Shown piece by piece: positions 36,101-45,078 of a stretch of 62,483 bases of DNA. Below the pieces are notes generated by a model. The model saw only the letters and a list, made by a program, of their open reading frames with translations. It ran no database searches and was not told the DNA's origin. Position 1 is the stretch's first letter; each line of letters starts with the position of its first letter. Both the position numbers and the translations under genes were made by a program. The stretch is from a virus (lineage: Duplodnaviria; Caudoviricetes), in IMG/VR virus record IMGVR_UViG_3300038832_000018, positions 1-62,483 of that record. One strand, given 5' to 3'.

Positions 36101-39100
36101 AACACAGTGTTTCCTGGCTCGCTCTCAAAAGAGATTACCCTGACCTGATCGCCTGGCACAAACGTGTATAGGTCCTTGTTGCCGTTAGGATCAACAGCAC
36201 CAAAAGCCTGAGCATAGCTTACATAGCGATCAGACTGCAGGTGGTTGAGACTTAGGTATATATTTCTTGCGGTATTGGCATCACCCACCTCATCGACAAA
36301 AGCGCCAGCCACAGAGTACTGCACGAAGTCCTGATATGTGCTGTTGCCTGCGTACACAATTTGATACTGGTGCGCCCACGGCGGGGGGAAGCTATTCAGC
36401 TCGATGTCGAGCTCTACCCTACCCTTGTTGCCGCGCTCTTCGTTGCTGTAGCCTGCGACGTAGACTCGAGGCAACTGGTTTACGTTGCCTGGTCGTCCAC
36501 GGTCGTCGTAGTAGACAACTCCAAGGTCGTGATACGCGGAGCTCTTGAACGACCTGTACGCTCCAGAGACCTCAATCTCATCCAAGAAACCGTTGAACGA
36601 CACCTCCACCTCTTGAAACTGGTCTTCTGCCCCATCGGGAACTACAAATGCAGTTTGACCCGTATACAGGACAGAGGTGGGGAACAAGGGAGAAATAGAA
36701 TTTGTGAGTATGGTCGCAGCCGACCCTGCAGAAGTGCCACTGGGGCTGTATGAAACAAGGTTAAATGTTCCTTGTATATAACTTGACTGAAAGCTTGGCC
36801 CCATTAAGGACTTGAAAAACAAACTCTGTTGGGCCGCATCGTCGTTAGGGATCTCACCATTAAGCAAAAGGGTAACTACTAACCCCACTTGCCCACTAGG
36901 GCGAGCCATAACAGCTCCGTTGAGAATCATCAAACTGCTGACCCCACCTTCATCAGCATCATCGTTTTCGTACTGCAAGCGAAAAAAGATGGGATCATCC
37001 ACACCCGTACCACCGAAAATAGTGCTGGTGGGTACAGAAAGTAGTTGACCTTTTACTCTGGGAGTTTGAAACTGAAACCCCCCCTCAGTATCAAACATGC
37101 TGGTCCCCACCTCATTCGTGGTGGCCAGTATCACATCGTTTACCTGAGGGATCAGAGCGAGATCTTCTCTTTTTTTGGCGTTAGTCTCAAAAAGGTCTGT
37201 GCCTGCTACCGAGCCTCCGTTCGCAGTCAAGTACCCTACTACTTTTTTTCTTTGTGACTGATGTGCAGAGAAAAAGTCTAATCCAACTGCTGGGGTGCCG
37301 AAGATAGAATTTAGACCAAGAGCATGAAAAACTGCTGAAGTAGTCTGCTGTGGAGTGCCGCTAAATGCAAAATCAGAACCCAAGCTAAAGCCCTCATATT
37401 CAGACTCTACATCTAGAATTTGGTTGTTACTAAGGTAATCTGCATCGTAAATCCTCCACTGACGCACTCTAAGATCGGGGAGAGTCATACAGGGGACGCA
37501 GGTCAGGACGTCCACATTAGTCAAAGAGCTAATCTCTAGCGTCAAGATGCATTCCCCTAGCGGGTCATTTATCATATGAGGCTGATGAACCAGCTGCATG
37601 CCGACATTAGCCTCGTTCACAATAACGTATCCCACGGGACATGGATTGGCACCTGCAGAATCCTCAAACACGGGGGTAATGCAGTCCAATGCATCAAGCT
37701 GCTCACTGCCTGCGGGGACGTTGATGGCAATTTCCCCATTGAAAGTAGTGCCCCCTTTCCCCAGTCTAAACAAGCGGCCGTCCTCGTTTCCGTTGGGGGC
37801 CCTCAGACCAAAGTTGTAGTTATACGAAGACTGCACATTAGCTTGTGCTACCTCGATTTCATCAGGCAACGAGTCAAAGTTTCCTGAAAAGGCCAAACCG
37901 ATAGCAGCAGCCACCACAGAGGGGGCGTCTTCTAACTCAGCCGTAATGGCTAGTTCAATAGAAAAATTACACTGCCCCCCTTTGATTTTTAAAGGGGCTG
38001 CAGCAGAAGTTCCGATGCGGACATCAGTGACACTAGTCTCCCCTTCAATAAACCCTTCAGTTTGCTGCCACTGTAGGGAGAGGCCAACACCAGATCCGAT
38101 GCCTGTAGCATTTAGAACCTTGTTCTCAGCCAACTCCGCATTGCCGTCTACGCCATTAACAAAAAGATCTGCATAAGCGGGGTTTGTTGTAAGGTCAAAT
38201 ACTTGACTTGCAGGGGCTACGTTGTAGGCAATGTCCTCTTTGACTCCCCCAGTAATTGTAGAGTTGTGATACCCCCCAGCAACATCGTATAGAGCCAAGT
38301 TTTTAGCTGGTTCAAATTCAAAACTGACGCTAATGCTCGTGCCAGATGCTAACGTAGCAGGCAGTGAACTGGTATCGATAGCTACTCCTGGCAGCCTCTG
38401 AGGCACCACGTCACCCTGCAGGTCCGTGCTTGTCGTACTGGCACTGATCGGGACCATAATGGGTGTGGCCGTCAGTTCGAAGGCGGACTCCGAGGTAGAG
38501 CCCTGCATGTAGACAGGCTCAACTGTACCGTCAAACGGCACTTCATCAAACCCCTCGATGTAGTTACCAAAAAACAACCTGTTTTCTACTGCCGTCAGGG
38601 CTTGCGCCACCCTAGGGAGATTGTCAAACTGCTTGTTTTCTTCAGACTCGGTGATGCCAATCAACACCTTGTCGTTGAAAAAGTCATATTGGGTCACACC
38701 CCCCACGACTCGATCTACTTCGTCAACAATAAAGAACGGACCGTCATTGCCGCGACGCACAAGGATCTTGAAGGCGACAACCTCCTCGCTGATGACCACT
38801 GCACCAGTGTTGGCCCCTAGGTTTGCATATGGCTCTGGATCGATTGTAATCGTGCATCGCTGTGGGAGGTTCAGTTCCCCCGTAATCGTGCCCTGCCGTA
38901 GATATTGTTCGGGGATGGCGATGTCGCTGTAAGTGCTGAGTGCGGATTCCTCCCCACCTGCGTATATACATTGATACGCAAACTGCACTCCAGGAACCCT
39001 TCTGAAATCGCTGGACCTGCGGTTGGCACTCCCATCAAAAGAGAATGCGAATCTTGGAGGATAGACGGGAGAGCGTGGACAGGCAGTGATAAAGTCCTTA

Positions 39101-39699
39101 TCGTTGACATCGTTTGCCACATACCCAAAGTCACTGGGAGTGTAGCCTTCCTCTAAGCACCGCTGAACGTCAATTTTTCTCGGTTCGTTCTCGTCGTCAG
39201 TGAAGTACAGGATCGGACGGAAGTCTTGATCAGACCCGCCGCTGACGTGAACGATGTCCCCAACAACTCTGCCCGTGTCAGAAAAGTTGAACTCAGGGGT
39301 GCAATAGATGGGGCGCCATTGGTTTGCCCCACCTCCGAAGTAGTTGTACGCGTCCCAGGCATACACCCCCATTTCCTGCACGTTGTTGCTGAAAACAAAG
39401 AAGTAGATGACCCCAGCCTTGGGGTCTTCAACCTTTCCGATTACCCTTCGGATAAAATCTTCGCCTGCAGAAAAAACAGAATCTAGACTAAAGGTTTTAA
39501 TCTGTGACGGCGAGTTACCCAATGCAGGCTTTACTACGCCTACGTCTCCGTCCTCCTCAAGGTCAGCCCCACCCGCTGCAAAGCCGTTGCCGTAATCAGA
39601 AGTGACTGTGACGTTCAACGCGTCTTTCATCTCCATAGCCCCTCGAACTCTACTGTCCTTCGAGGAGTTCAGGACTCTGGGGAACAACTTATTGATCAT
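33148..39699 (-). CDS. Tail stabilisation/nozzle protein, crAss-type, with large insertions
   Basis: DALNV, LYFTDDENEPRKI, FAYQ, NRLFFGNY, GVVYYDDRGR and GYDPLKDEY motifs. Confidence 0.7.
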   Translation of the reverse strand: MINKLFPRVLNSSKDSRVRGAMEMKDALNVTVTSDYGNGFAAGGADLEEDGDVGVVKPALGNSPSQIKTFSLDSVFSAGEDFIRRVIGKVEDPKAGVIYFFVFSNNVQEMGVYAWDAYNYFGGGANQWRPIYCTPEFNFSDTGRVVGDIVHVSGGSDQDFRPILYFTDDENEPRKIDVQRCLEEGYTPSDFGYVANDVNDKDFITACPRSPVYPPRFAFSFDGSANRRSSDFRRVPGVQFAYQCIYAGGEESALSTYSDIAIPEQYLRQGTITGELNLPQRCTITIDPEPYANLGANTGAVVISEEVVAFKILVRRGNDGPFFIVDEVDRVVGGVTQYDFFNDKVLIGITESEENKQFDNLPRVAQALTAVENRLFFGNYIEGFDEVPFDGTVEPVYMQGSTSESAFELTATPIMVPISASTTSTDLQGDVVPQRLPGVAIDTSSLPATLASGTSISVSFEFEPAKNLALYDVAGGYHNSTITGGVKEDIAYNVAPASQVFDLTTNPAYADLFVNGVDGNAELAENKVLNATGIGSGVGLSLQWQQTEGFIEGETSVTDVRIGTSAAAPLKIKGGQCNFSIELAITAELEDAPSVVAAAIGLAFSGNFDSLPDEIEVAQANVQSSYNYNFGLRAPNGNEDGRLFRLGKGGTTFNGEIAINVPAGSEQLDALDCITPVFEDSAGANPCPVGYVIVNEANVGMQLVHQPHMINDPLGECILTLEISSLTNVDVLTCVPCMTLPDLRVRQWRIYDADYLSNNQILDVESEYEGFSLGSDFAFSGTPQQTTSAVFHALGLNSIFGTPAVGLDFFSAHQSQRKKVVGYLTANGGSVAGTDLFETNAKKREDLALIPQVNDVILATTNEVGTSMFDTEGGFQFQTPRVKGQLLSVPTSTIFGGTGVDDPIFFRLQYENDDADEGGVSSLMILNGAVMARPSGQVGLVVTLLLNGEIPNDDAAQQSLFFKSLMGPSFQSSYIQGTFNLVSYSPSGTSAGSAATILTNSISPLFPTSVLYTGQTAFVVPDGAEDQFQEVEVSFNGFLDEIEVSGAYRSFKSSAYHDLGVVYYDDRGRPGNVNQLPRVYVAGYSNEERGNKGRVELDIELNSFPPPWAHQYQIVYAGNSTYQDFVQYSVAGAFVDEVGDANTARNIYLSLNHLQSDRYVSYAQAFGAVDPNGNKDLYTFVPGDQVRVISFESEPGNTVFPNQLVFDVVDQVLLTGNGDAETEETRNPLDSGSGETPLFLRGSFLKLRNDPEATGFNWASVNAQGNNFSGVLSNWSKRCIVEIVRPKAGADADIRSYQETGLVFNVSRSGNTGVVHQTPRIRMRRGDVWWRRVPVNLQEYSEDEQAFVSLIPESQEQADGDGEIIEVDYQPRFRNRYLECRAFTDTFAGADVNGYGKRKFYSPEAAEVRRESSVTYSDANDFSTRRVRFTSFNPFQAPFKDLPNQHGAINALVEFSEFVFVVQEDKASVVPINRNILADASGGDQLISSDKIIGKQKFIGGKYGADNNRESVVKVDESVYFAHKGKGEVYRFQGGKIDVIGRKGIAAQLYDAFQDVIFGGNVRVVSGYDPLKDEYIVSMLNIDAISYALPTLFRQPLLQPFNFNETEDGVYNPSTDDPIGPPDDFTGGGGPGDGGDSGDGGDPNADVFDEAFDVPLSGFDVAALNALDPVVFWGGTWGTMSFYYKATTGEGVIYNAIQSYQQATWPADVALSDVVLGSNVTVQNNHSSQTPPVLGPGLLLDLSGLGFSNPFLELDTGFQAKPVSTYDDPNTVIGQLWYGRGVVNSDFNNNGAGYLMITDPSIRSQYGANPGAAQALLWNTLQAHLVPPGYSAPAEFDTPRTVGDHCYVLGQRVQGTALERLVEDRTIEEVAITNAVDDLIEEGNRIGTLALEFDPTNTTLTNFGADIISATSALQSASNAIPYSSVEITEQNLKTGETMVYPTGFGYDYREIPNNILNQPGPLLVGVQLAIEDLQTVANSIDPNTLTDPDSVFDSMSATIDSLRASLDVVTNQLEEASSAPTVVDAEANTLIPNVQSSNDNFSTLGALAVLGGSGTAIEPEDVQSANVLAQQLEFLSSNGIEITGDLLRQLLGDLEQSFRNIPNTLLSYQPALPTSGLRLARASTANRSDIISSAGGAADLDGLVGTADLLAFLADFDQFGPDPISEAEYIDLTNNIASSYNG

Positions 39700-40556
39700 C
39701 AGTACTTAGGCGATTGCTTGAAGTTCTGCCTGATCGTCTTGAGAGCCTCTGTCTTGGTGAAGTTGCTCATGCGACCCTTGGCCTTTCTACGCTCGTTGTA
39801 GTATTCAGCTCGGGCGCGCGCCTTCTCACCTGCAGGGACAGTCGACTTTCTCTCGATCAGCTTGTAGTATAGGTAGCAACGCAGAGCCTCCTCAGCGTAG
39901 ACATGAATAACGGGGAAGGTGTTGCGCGCTTCGTCAGCAACGTACTCGAGCACCACCTCGCTGATGGCGTCTTCGGTGCTCATCTCGATTCTGTTTTGGT
40001 CTAGATCGATGCGGTACTCTCCGCGTAGGTGGCCACCGCCAGCACCATACAGCCTGCCCAGCCCTCCCTGATAGAGGTAGTTTTGGAACACGTAGTAATC
40101 GTAATCCTTGTCCCCATCGCCAGAAGTTCCTGCCGTATCCGCCACACTTCTATCGCGATCAGCGATCTCATTGGCTTCAATGTTGAGCGGCCCAAGCTGA
40201 CTGTCTCCCTCGCCCGCATCGCTGCCCGTCACGACAGCCATGGACATGTTCAAGTTCTTGTTTTCGCCCAGCACGTATACGATCCCGTCTGTGACAATGC
40301 CGATCTTGATGAGGTCAACATAATCATCAGGCAGAGTGACAGTATTGTTGCTTTCTACCGACAGCTTCAATGACCGAATTCGGTTGGTGACATCAAATCC
40401 AAACTCTCGGATCCCACGCAAAGCAATGTTGCGGATAGCCACGTCAGATACATTGCTGACATAGTCGTCGCCATCCATAGTAATGATGAAATCGTCGACC
40501 ACCTGGCGGAGGCCGACGTAGTTCATCGCTGCTGTCTCTACGTTCTGTCTTGGCAT
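39699..40556 (-). CDS. Tail tubular/ring protein
   Basis: LPDDYVD and VLEYVAD motifs; gene context. Confidence 0.6.
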   Translation of the reverse strand: MPRQNVETAAMNYVGLRQVVDDFIITMDGDDYVSNVSDVAIRNIALRGIREFGFDVTNRIRSLKLSVESNNTVTLPDDYVDLIKIGIVTDGIVYVLGENKNLNMSMAVVTGSDAGEGDSQLGPLNIEANEIADRDRSVADTAGTSGDGDKDYDYYVFQNYLYQGGLGRLYGAGGGHLRGEYRIDLDQNRIEMSTEDAISEVVLEYVADEARNTFPVIHVYAEEALRCYLYYKLIERKSTVPAGEKARARAEYYNERRKAKGRMSNFTKTEALKTIRQNFKQSPKY

Positions 40557-41452
40557 TACTCAGCTTTTGTTTCTCCCAGAGCATACTGAACCAGCAATGG
40601 ATCACGGAGACGGATACCGATCAGTTCGCACAACTCGTACACCAGTTCAGAGATGTAGTGTGCAGGGAGATCGAAGTTGATGGATTGATCTGGATCAGCG
40701 ATGAACAGCCCGTCTACCTGATTTACGTCAAATGTGACAAATGCAGGGTAGGCGGTGGTATAAGTAGAGTTTTGGTTTCTGCCTCTGGGTTGGCGATAGT
40801 ACCTCATGACAACCCCATCGATAGTTGATGGAAAGACTTGATAGGTGTTAGTCATGGCCAGCGCCACGGGGAAATCGTCCGTAGGGGTAGAAATATTGCT
40901 GTTCAGTAGCCTAGACAACTTCTCGTTGTCGTACAGAATCTCTATCGAAGTGTTAGTCCCAGAGACAGACATCGATATCAGCCTGCCAAAGTCGCTAGGC
41001 TCAGCAAACGTGAATGCCCCGTCAGGATTAAAGAAAAACTGATCCCCGTCCGATGAGGTCGATGAGCTAACATAGTCGTCCCCCTCGACCAGAAGTGTAG
41101 TGTCGTCAAACCCTACCGCATCCCCATCTAGGTTAATATAGCCTACATCATTACCCTCAGCATCGAACAAAAACACAATCGCAACTTGATCACTATCAGT
41201 TGTGACTTGCAAGGTTCTGATGTACGTAGACAGGTCCTCCTCCACCATCTTGTACGCAGACTTGTCTCGGCCTGCGTCACGGCGAGAGGCACGCAGGGCT
41301 ACAGCCCCGCGCAGCTCGTTGAACATCTCGTTGTATACGTTCTGTTGCGCTACCCTAGCGAGGGTGTTGAACACATTGGGGGTAACGAAGCCCTTCTGGT
41401 CTTTGTTGCAGATATCCCGAACAATAGCATAAACCCTCTCTACACTAATCAT
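40556..41452 (-). CDS. Tail tubular/ring (adaptor) protein
   Basis: NKDQKGFVTPNVFN..A..AQ and YYRQP motifs. Confidence 0.6.
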   Translation of the reverse strand: MISVERVYAIVRDICNKDQKGFVTPNVFNTLARVAQQNVYNEMFNELRGAVALRASRRDAGRDKSAYKMVEEDLSTYIRTLQVTTDSDQVAIVFLFDAEGNDVGYINLDGDAVGFDDTTLLVEGDDYVSSSTSSDGDQFFFNPDGAFTFAEPSDFGRLISMSVSGTNTSIEILYDNEKLSRLLNSNISTPTDDFPVALAMTNTYQVFPSTIDGVVMRYYRQPRGRNQNSTYTTAYPAFVTFDVNQVDGLFIADPDQSINFDLPAHYISELVYELCELIGIRLRDPLLVQYALGETKAE

Positions 41453-41457
41453 GATAA

Positions 41458-41467
41458 CAAATATAAA
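41458..41467 (-). promoter_or_regulatory. -7 promoter element TTTATATTTG
   Basis: 5 nt upstream of ATG 41452, directly after a terminator. Confidence 0.6.
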
Positions 41468-41469
41468 AA

Positions 41470-41498
41470 AGAAAAGGCCGCGCTAGGCGGCCCTTTCT
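41470..41498 (-). terminator. Rho-independent terminator
   Basis: ggccgc-gcta-ggcggcc hairpin with T-tract on the - strand. Confidence 0.65.
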
Positions 41499-41514
41499 CC
41501 TCTATACCAGCGGC

Positions 41515-42342
41515 TTACGCCAGCTTAGAAAGCTTCTCTTCGAGATTGCTCAGGACAGAAGCTCCCTTTTCTGTCATGCAGAATCGGGTCATCACATCTA
41601 CAGGGTCCATACCTGCAGGGACTGAGACAATCAGCTGGCCGCTATCAAACCAATGCACCCCACTCTCTCTGGTGGCGATGAACTGATACTCTTTTGCCTG
41701 CTGCACCACCGATCTCACTTGCACCTGCGGGCTATCGAAGGATTCGATAAACTCCTGTGGGCTCCTCTTGGCTTTCTGCAAAAGGTTGAAGCGGATGTCG
41801 CTAGTAGAAGCGTTGATGTTATAGCCGAAGTAGATGGCTACAGGCAAGAGCTCTTCGATGGCCTTCTCCCTCACCATACTGATAGCATCGTTGAGCAAGA
41901 ACTCCCGATTGAGCTCCTTCTCTGCATCGGCCTTCTTGTCGACCAAACGAAACAGTTTGCCCCCGTTGGCTTCGTTGCCTGGGTGAATCTCCAAGAACTT
42001 CTTGAGGTTTGGCTTCTCCTTCGGAACAAAGATGCGGCTATCCCTGAAGATCACTGCCTCTCGCTTGGCCTTGTCGCCTTGCTCGTCACTCCAGATGCTG
42101 GGCTCGTTAGGGCAGTAGCGGATCTCTCTTACCGTATCCTTTTCAGGATCATAAACGGTCACACCTTTTTGCGGTAGCATAGTAACGATGCCCCCTGCGT
42201 TGATGATTTCGTACTCTGCGTGGTACTTAACCTCCTGCTTACGGCGAACTACAGATCGCTTTGCTTTCGGTGCTGCTTTAGGCTCTGTGGTAGCAGCTTT
42301 CTTAGGACGGCCTGGCCGCCTTTGTGTGGTGGTTTCACTCAT
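41515..42342 (-). CDS. Conserved-looking phage protein of the structural module
   Basis: 275 aa, with its own ATTATATTTG element at 42361-42370. Confidence 0.7.
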   Translation of the reverse strand: MSETTTQRRPGRPKKAATTEPKAAPKAKRSVVRRKQEVKYHAEYEIINAGGIVTMLPQKGVTVYDPEKDTVREIRYCPNEPSIWSDEQGDKAKREAVIFRDSRIFVPKEKPNLKKFLEIHPGNEANGGKLFRLVDKKADAEKELNREFLLNDAISMVREKAIEELLPVAIYFGYNINASTSDIRFNLLQKAKRSPQEFIESFDSPQVQVRSVVQQAKEYQFIATRESGVHWFDSGQLIVSVPAGMDPVDVMTRFCMTEKGASVLSNLEEKLSKLA

Positions 42343-42369
42343 GTTAAATTGAATTTGCTACAAATATAA

Positions 42370-43620
42370 TCAGAATACCTTCTTGTATTTCTCAAACAGG
42401 TCCTGAGCTAGTTTTGATGCGTTGTTGCTGCCGATATCTGTAGAAATAACTCCGATCCTTGGCAAAAAGCCACGGAACCCAGTGCCGATATCGTCCACCT
42501 TTAAAGGCCCATCGGTAGCAAAATCCCCCTGACCAGTCAAAGCCTCCACATACCCCACAATGTCGCCAGTGTGGTTGTGCAGATACAGGTTCAGGTCTTT
42601 GTCTCGACGAAGAACAAACACATACGTCTGCTGACCCTCAAACCCTATCGTGTTTACATCGGGGTCGTCTAGCATTAGGTCGGGGAATTTATATGCTTTT
42701 GTCCCACTATCAGTGTTGTCGAGCTGCATGTACGCGGGACGCCGCGCAACAGCTGTATCATGGCGCACCCAGAACTCACTATTGGTGTTCTCTTCGCCCG
42801 CACCCGCAGCGAAACCAATGTGCGTAGCCCCATTATCTAGGATGCTGTGACCTAGGCTGCCATATCCGACCATCCCGATTACCATATAGATGGTATACGC
42901 CCCCTCTATTTCTAAGGCGTTGGCCATAATGAGGTTGTCAGCAGCAGCGATGTCTACAGCGTTTACCGACGTTCCGTTGTCTCTGTTGACTGCGGGGGTG
43001 CCCGTGTCGTTGGTGATATGATAGGTGCTGCCCCCAGAACCAGAGTTGTTCCAGTTGTTTGCCGCCCCCACAGCGGAGCCATGGGAAGGCAGCGTGGTTT
43101 CGTTGTAGTCCACGATCGGCATCAACGACGGGGCAGGGAACGTGATGTCAGCGATAGTAGTCGTGGTAGTCTGTGTAAGGTCTGTAGCGGCAGGATCGTC
43201 GCTAATCTCCTGTGTAGACATGACCACAGGTAGCTTGGGGAGCAAAGGCAATAGACTCTTTGGACTAGAGTCTTTGAAACTGCTAGTGCCAGATACAGCG
43301 TCGAACTGCAAAACCCTACGGACAGGCGAGGGATTGGTGATGAACTCCGTGATTTTTCTAATCAGCTGAAACTCTTGCCCCTGACCGCATTCTATCTCCA
43401 TGCGGGTTTTAATCAGAGCCTCCCTGGTGTCCCCCTGGAATCGCTCATACAGCCCCGCGTTGTTAAACACGATAACTACGCTACCCCTTTTTGCCGTGAT
43501 ATACGCTACATGGTCGGTACTGATAGACAGCACGGACAGGCTACTCCCAGAATCAGAAAACACTTCACTGAACTCAGTGATATCCGCTGTCCTAAACAGG
43601 AAGTACTTATCGCTTGCCAT
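42370..43620 (-). CDS. Putative virion decoration protein with concanavalin/LamG-like domain
   Basis: Beta-sandwich pattern YTIYMV...YVFVLRRD..LYL. Confidence 0.5.
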   Translation of the reverse strand: MASDKYFLFRTADITEFSEVFSDSGSSLSVLSISTDHVAYITAKRGSVVIVFNNAGLYERFQGDTREALIKTRMEIECGQGQEFQLIRKITEFITNPSPVRRVLQFDAVSGTSSFKDSSPKSLLPLLPKLPVVMSTQEISDDPAATDLTQTTTTTIADITFPAPSLMPIVDYNETTLPSHGSAVGAANNWNNSGSGGSTYHITNDTGTPAVNRDNGTSVNAVDIAAADNLIMANALEIEGAYTIYMVIGMVGYGSLGHSILDNGATHIGFAAGAGEENTNSEFWVRHDTAVARRPAYMQLDNTDSGTKAYKFPDLMLDDPDVNTIGFEGQQTYVFVLRRDKDLNLYLHNHTGDIVGYVEALTGQGDFATDGPLKVDDIGTGFRGFLPRIGVISTDIGSNNASKLAQDLFEKYKKVF

Positions 43621-43638
43621 CACTCAAAAATACGAAAT

Positions 43639-43664
43639 AAAAAAGGCCCCCGAAGGAGCCTTTC
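43639..43664 (-). terminator. Rho-independent terminator
   Basis: aaaggc-ccccgaagga-gccttt next to an A-tract on +. Confidence 0.6.
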
Positions 43665-43691
43665 TCGTAACAGAATGGTATTGACAAATGC

Positions 43692-44462
43692 TTATGCAAA
43701 TGGAGTGGCCAAAGTGCCATTGCCAAAGAGGACACCATTCAAGTGCCAAACAGCAGTAGCTGATCCTTGACCTCCAGCAGCAACGCCAGTACAAGTAAAT
43801 GTCCCGCCAACATGACGGCCATTGTCATCAGCATCCAAAACCATTTTATCATCATCAGTTCCGTCCGCATGGAACTGCTTCAACGAAACAGTGCCTGGCG
43901 CATCTTTATCAGATATGATCACTGTCGACCCTGCTGTAAAGATATCGTTTGCAGAAGCGCCGTCAAGACTAAACGTACCAGTGAAAGTGGTTTCAATAAC
44001 AAAATCATAAGTCAATCCAACTTGAGCAACTGGAAGAGTAGCTACGATGCCACCAGCTCTGTTTAATCGGAACAATGTTCCAGACTCAGAAGCCGCGATA
44101 CTCTTAGTTGCATCAGTTAGATTTTCTACTTTTGTTTTTGGACCCACGTCTCTGCCGATAGAAGCAACTACAGACCCCGAGGTCCCCACGTTACTAGAAG
44201 CATACACCTTGTCTTCGTCATCTGCGATAACAAGGAACTGATCCTTTCCAAAAGCGATAGCTTCTGAAACCTCTTTCATGAATTCTTTTTCTTTGTCAGC
44301 AGCGGTAGTAACTGTAATAGCAACATTACCGTTCACCTTATCCGTTAAGAATTCAAACACAACGGTGTTAGCCCCATTGTGATTCATTGATTGCAATGCC
44401 TCTACTGGTAGCGTAACAGCGTCGTCAGCAGCGGCATTAAAGTACAAATATTTTGCAGCCAT
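43692..44462 (-). CDS. Putative capsid decoration/fibre protein
   Basis: Beta-rich; TLPVAQVGLTYDF motif; downstream of MCP. Confidence 0.5.
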   Translation of the reverse strand: MAAKYLYFNAAADDAVTLPVEALQSMNHNGANTVVFEFLTDKVNGNVAITVTTAADKEKEFMKEVSEAIAFGKDQFLVIADDEDKVYASSNVGTSGSVVASIGRDVGPKTKVENLTDATKSIAASESGTLFRLNRAGGIVATLPVAQVGLTYDFVIETTFTGTFSLDGASANDIFTAGSTVIISDKDAPGTVSLKQFHADGTDDDKMVLDADDNGRHVGGTFTCTGVAAGGQGSATAVWHLNGVLFGNGTLATPFA

Positions 44463-44535
44463 TTTTTTAGTTTATGTAGTAAAACAAATCATACGAAGAA
44501 AAAAGTAGGGCCGAAGCCCCCTTTCTTAGTTCGGT

Positions 44536-45018
44536 TTATCCAACCACGTCGAAGAACAACGTGACTGCAAGATCACCGTTAGTGGTGATCGCGTGATCGC
44601 TTGTGATAATTGTCACAAACAATTCTCTTTCCTCAGTGGCGTATGAAGTCGACGCAGTGCTAACCGCAGAAGTCACCCCTGCGTCGTGCTGACCGACAAA
44701 GTCGAGAATATCAAACACTACGACAGAGTTTTCTGCTGGGTCTGCTGCATTAGCCGCCATCAGGGACCCACCATCAATGATTGAGTCTTTATCTGCAGAG
44801 GGGCCGATGTCAACTGTAAACGTAGAAGTGCTGGCTGCGTTTACTGCACTAGCAAATCGAAAGACGGCTTTAGTCAGGATCGTACCTTTTGGCTGGCGGA
44901 TTGCAACCTCAGTGTCTGCTGAATTTTGCACAAAGGCGTTCTTGATGAGGACGCTTCTGTTCGTTCTTACAGCACCTGGAGAGTGATCGTGAACCGTATA
45001 TACTGTGTTATTTGCCAT
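44536..45018 (-). CDS. Putative auxiliary capsid protein
   Basis: 160 aa, beta-rich, directly after MCP. Confidence 0.5.
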   Translation of the reverse strand: MANNTVYTVHDHSPGAVRTNRSVLIKNAFVQNSADTEVAIRQPKGTILTKAVFRFASAVNAASTSTFTVDIGPSADKDSIIDGGSLMAANAADPAENSVVVFDILDFVGQHDAGVTSAVSTASTSYATEERELFVTIITSDHAITTNGDLAVTLFFDVVG

Positions 45019-45039
45019 GTCTTAGAATATTATGAAGCT

Positions 45040-45066
45040 AAGGGAAGGGCCGAAGCCCCTCCCTTT
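45040..45066 (-). terminator. Terminator-like hairpin after MCP
   Basis: aagggaagggccgaagcccctcccttt; a similar hairpin lies at 44497-44527. Confidence 0.6.
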
Positions 45067-45078
45067 CACTTCAAGTTA

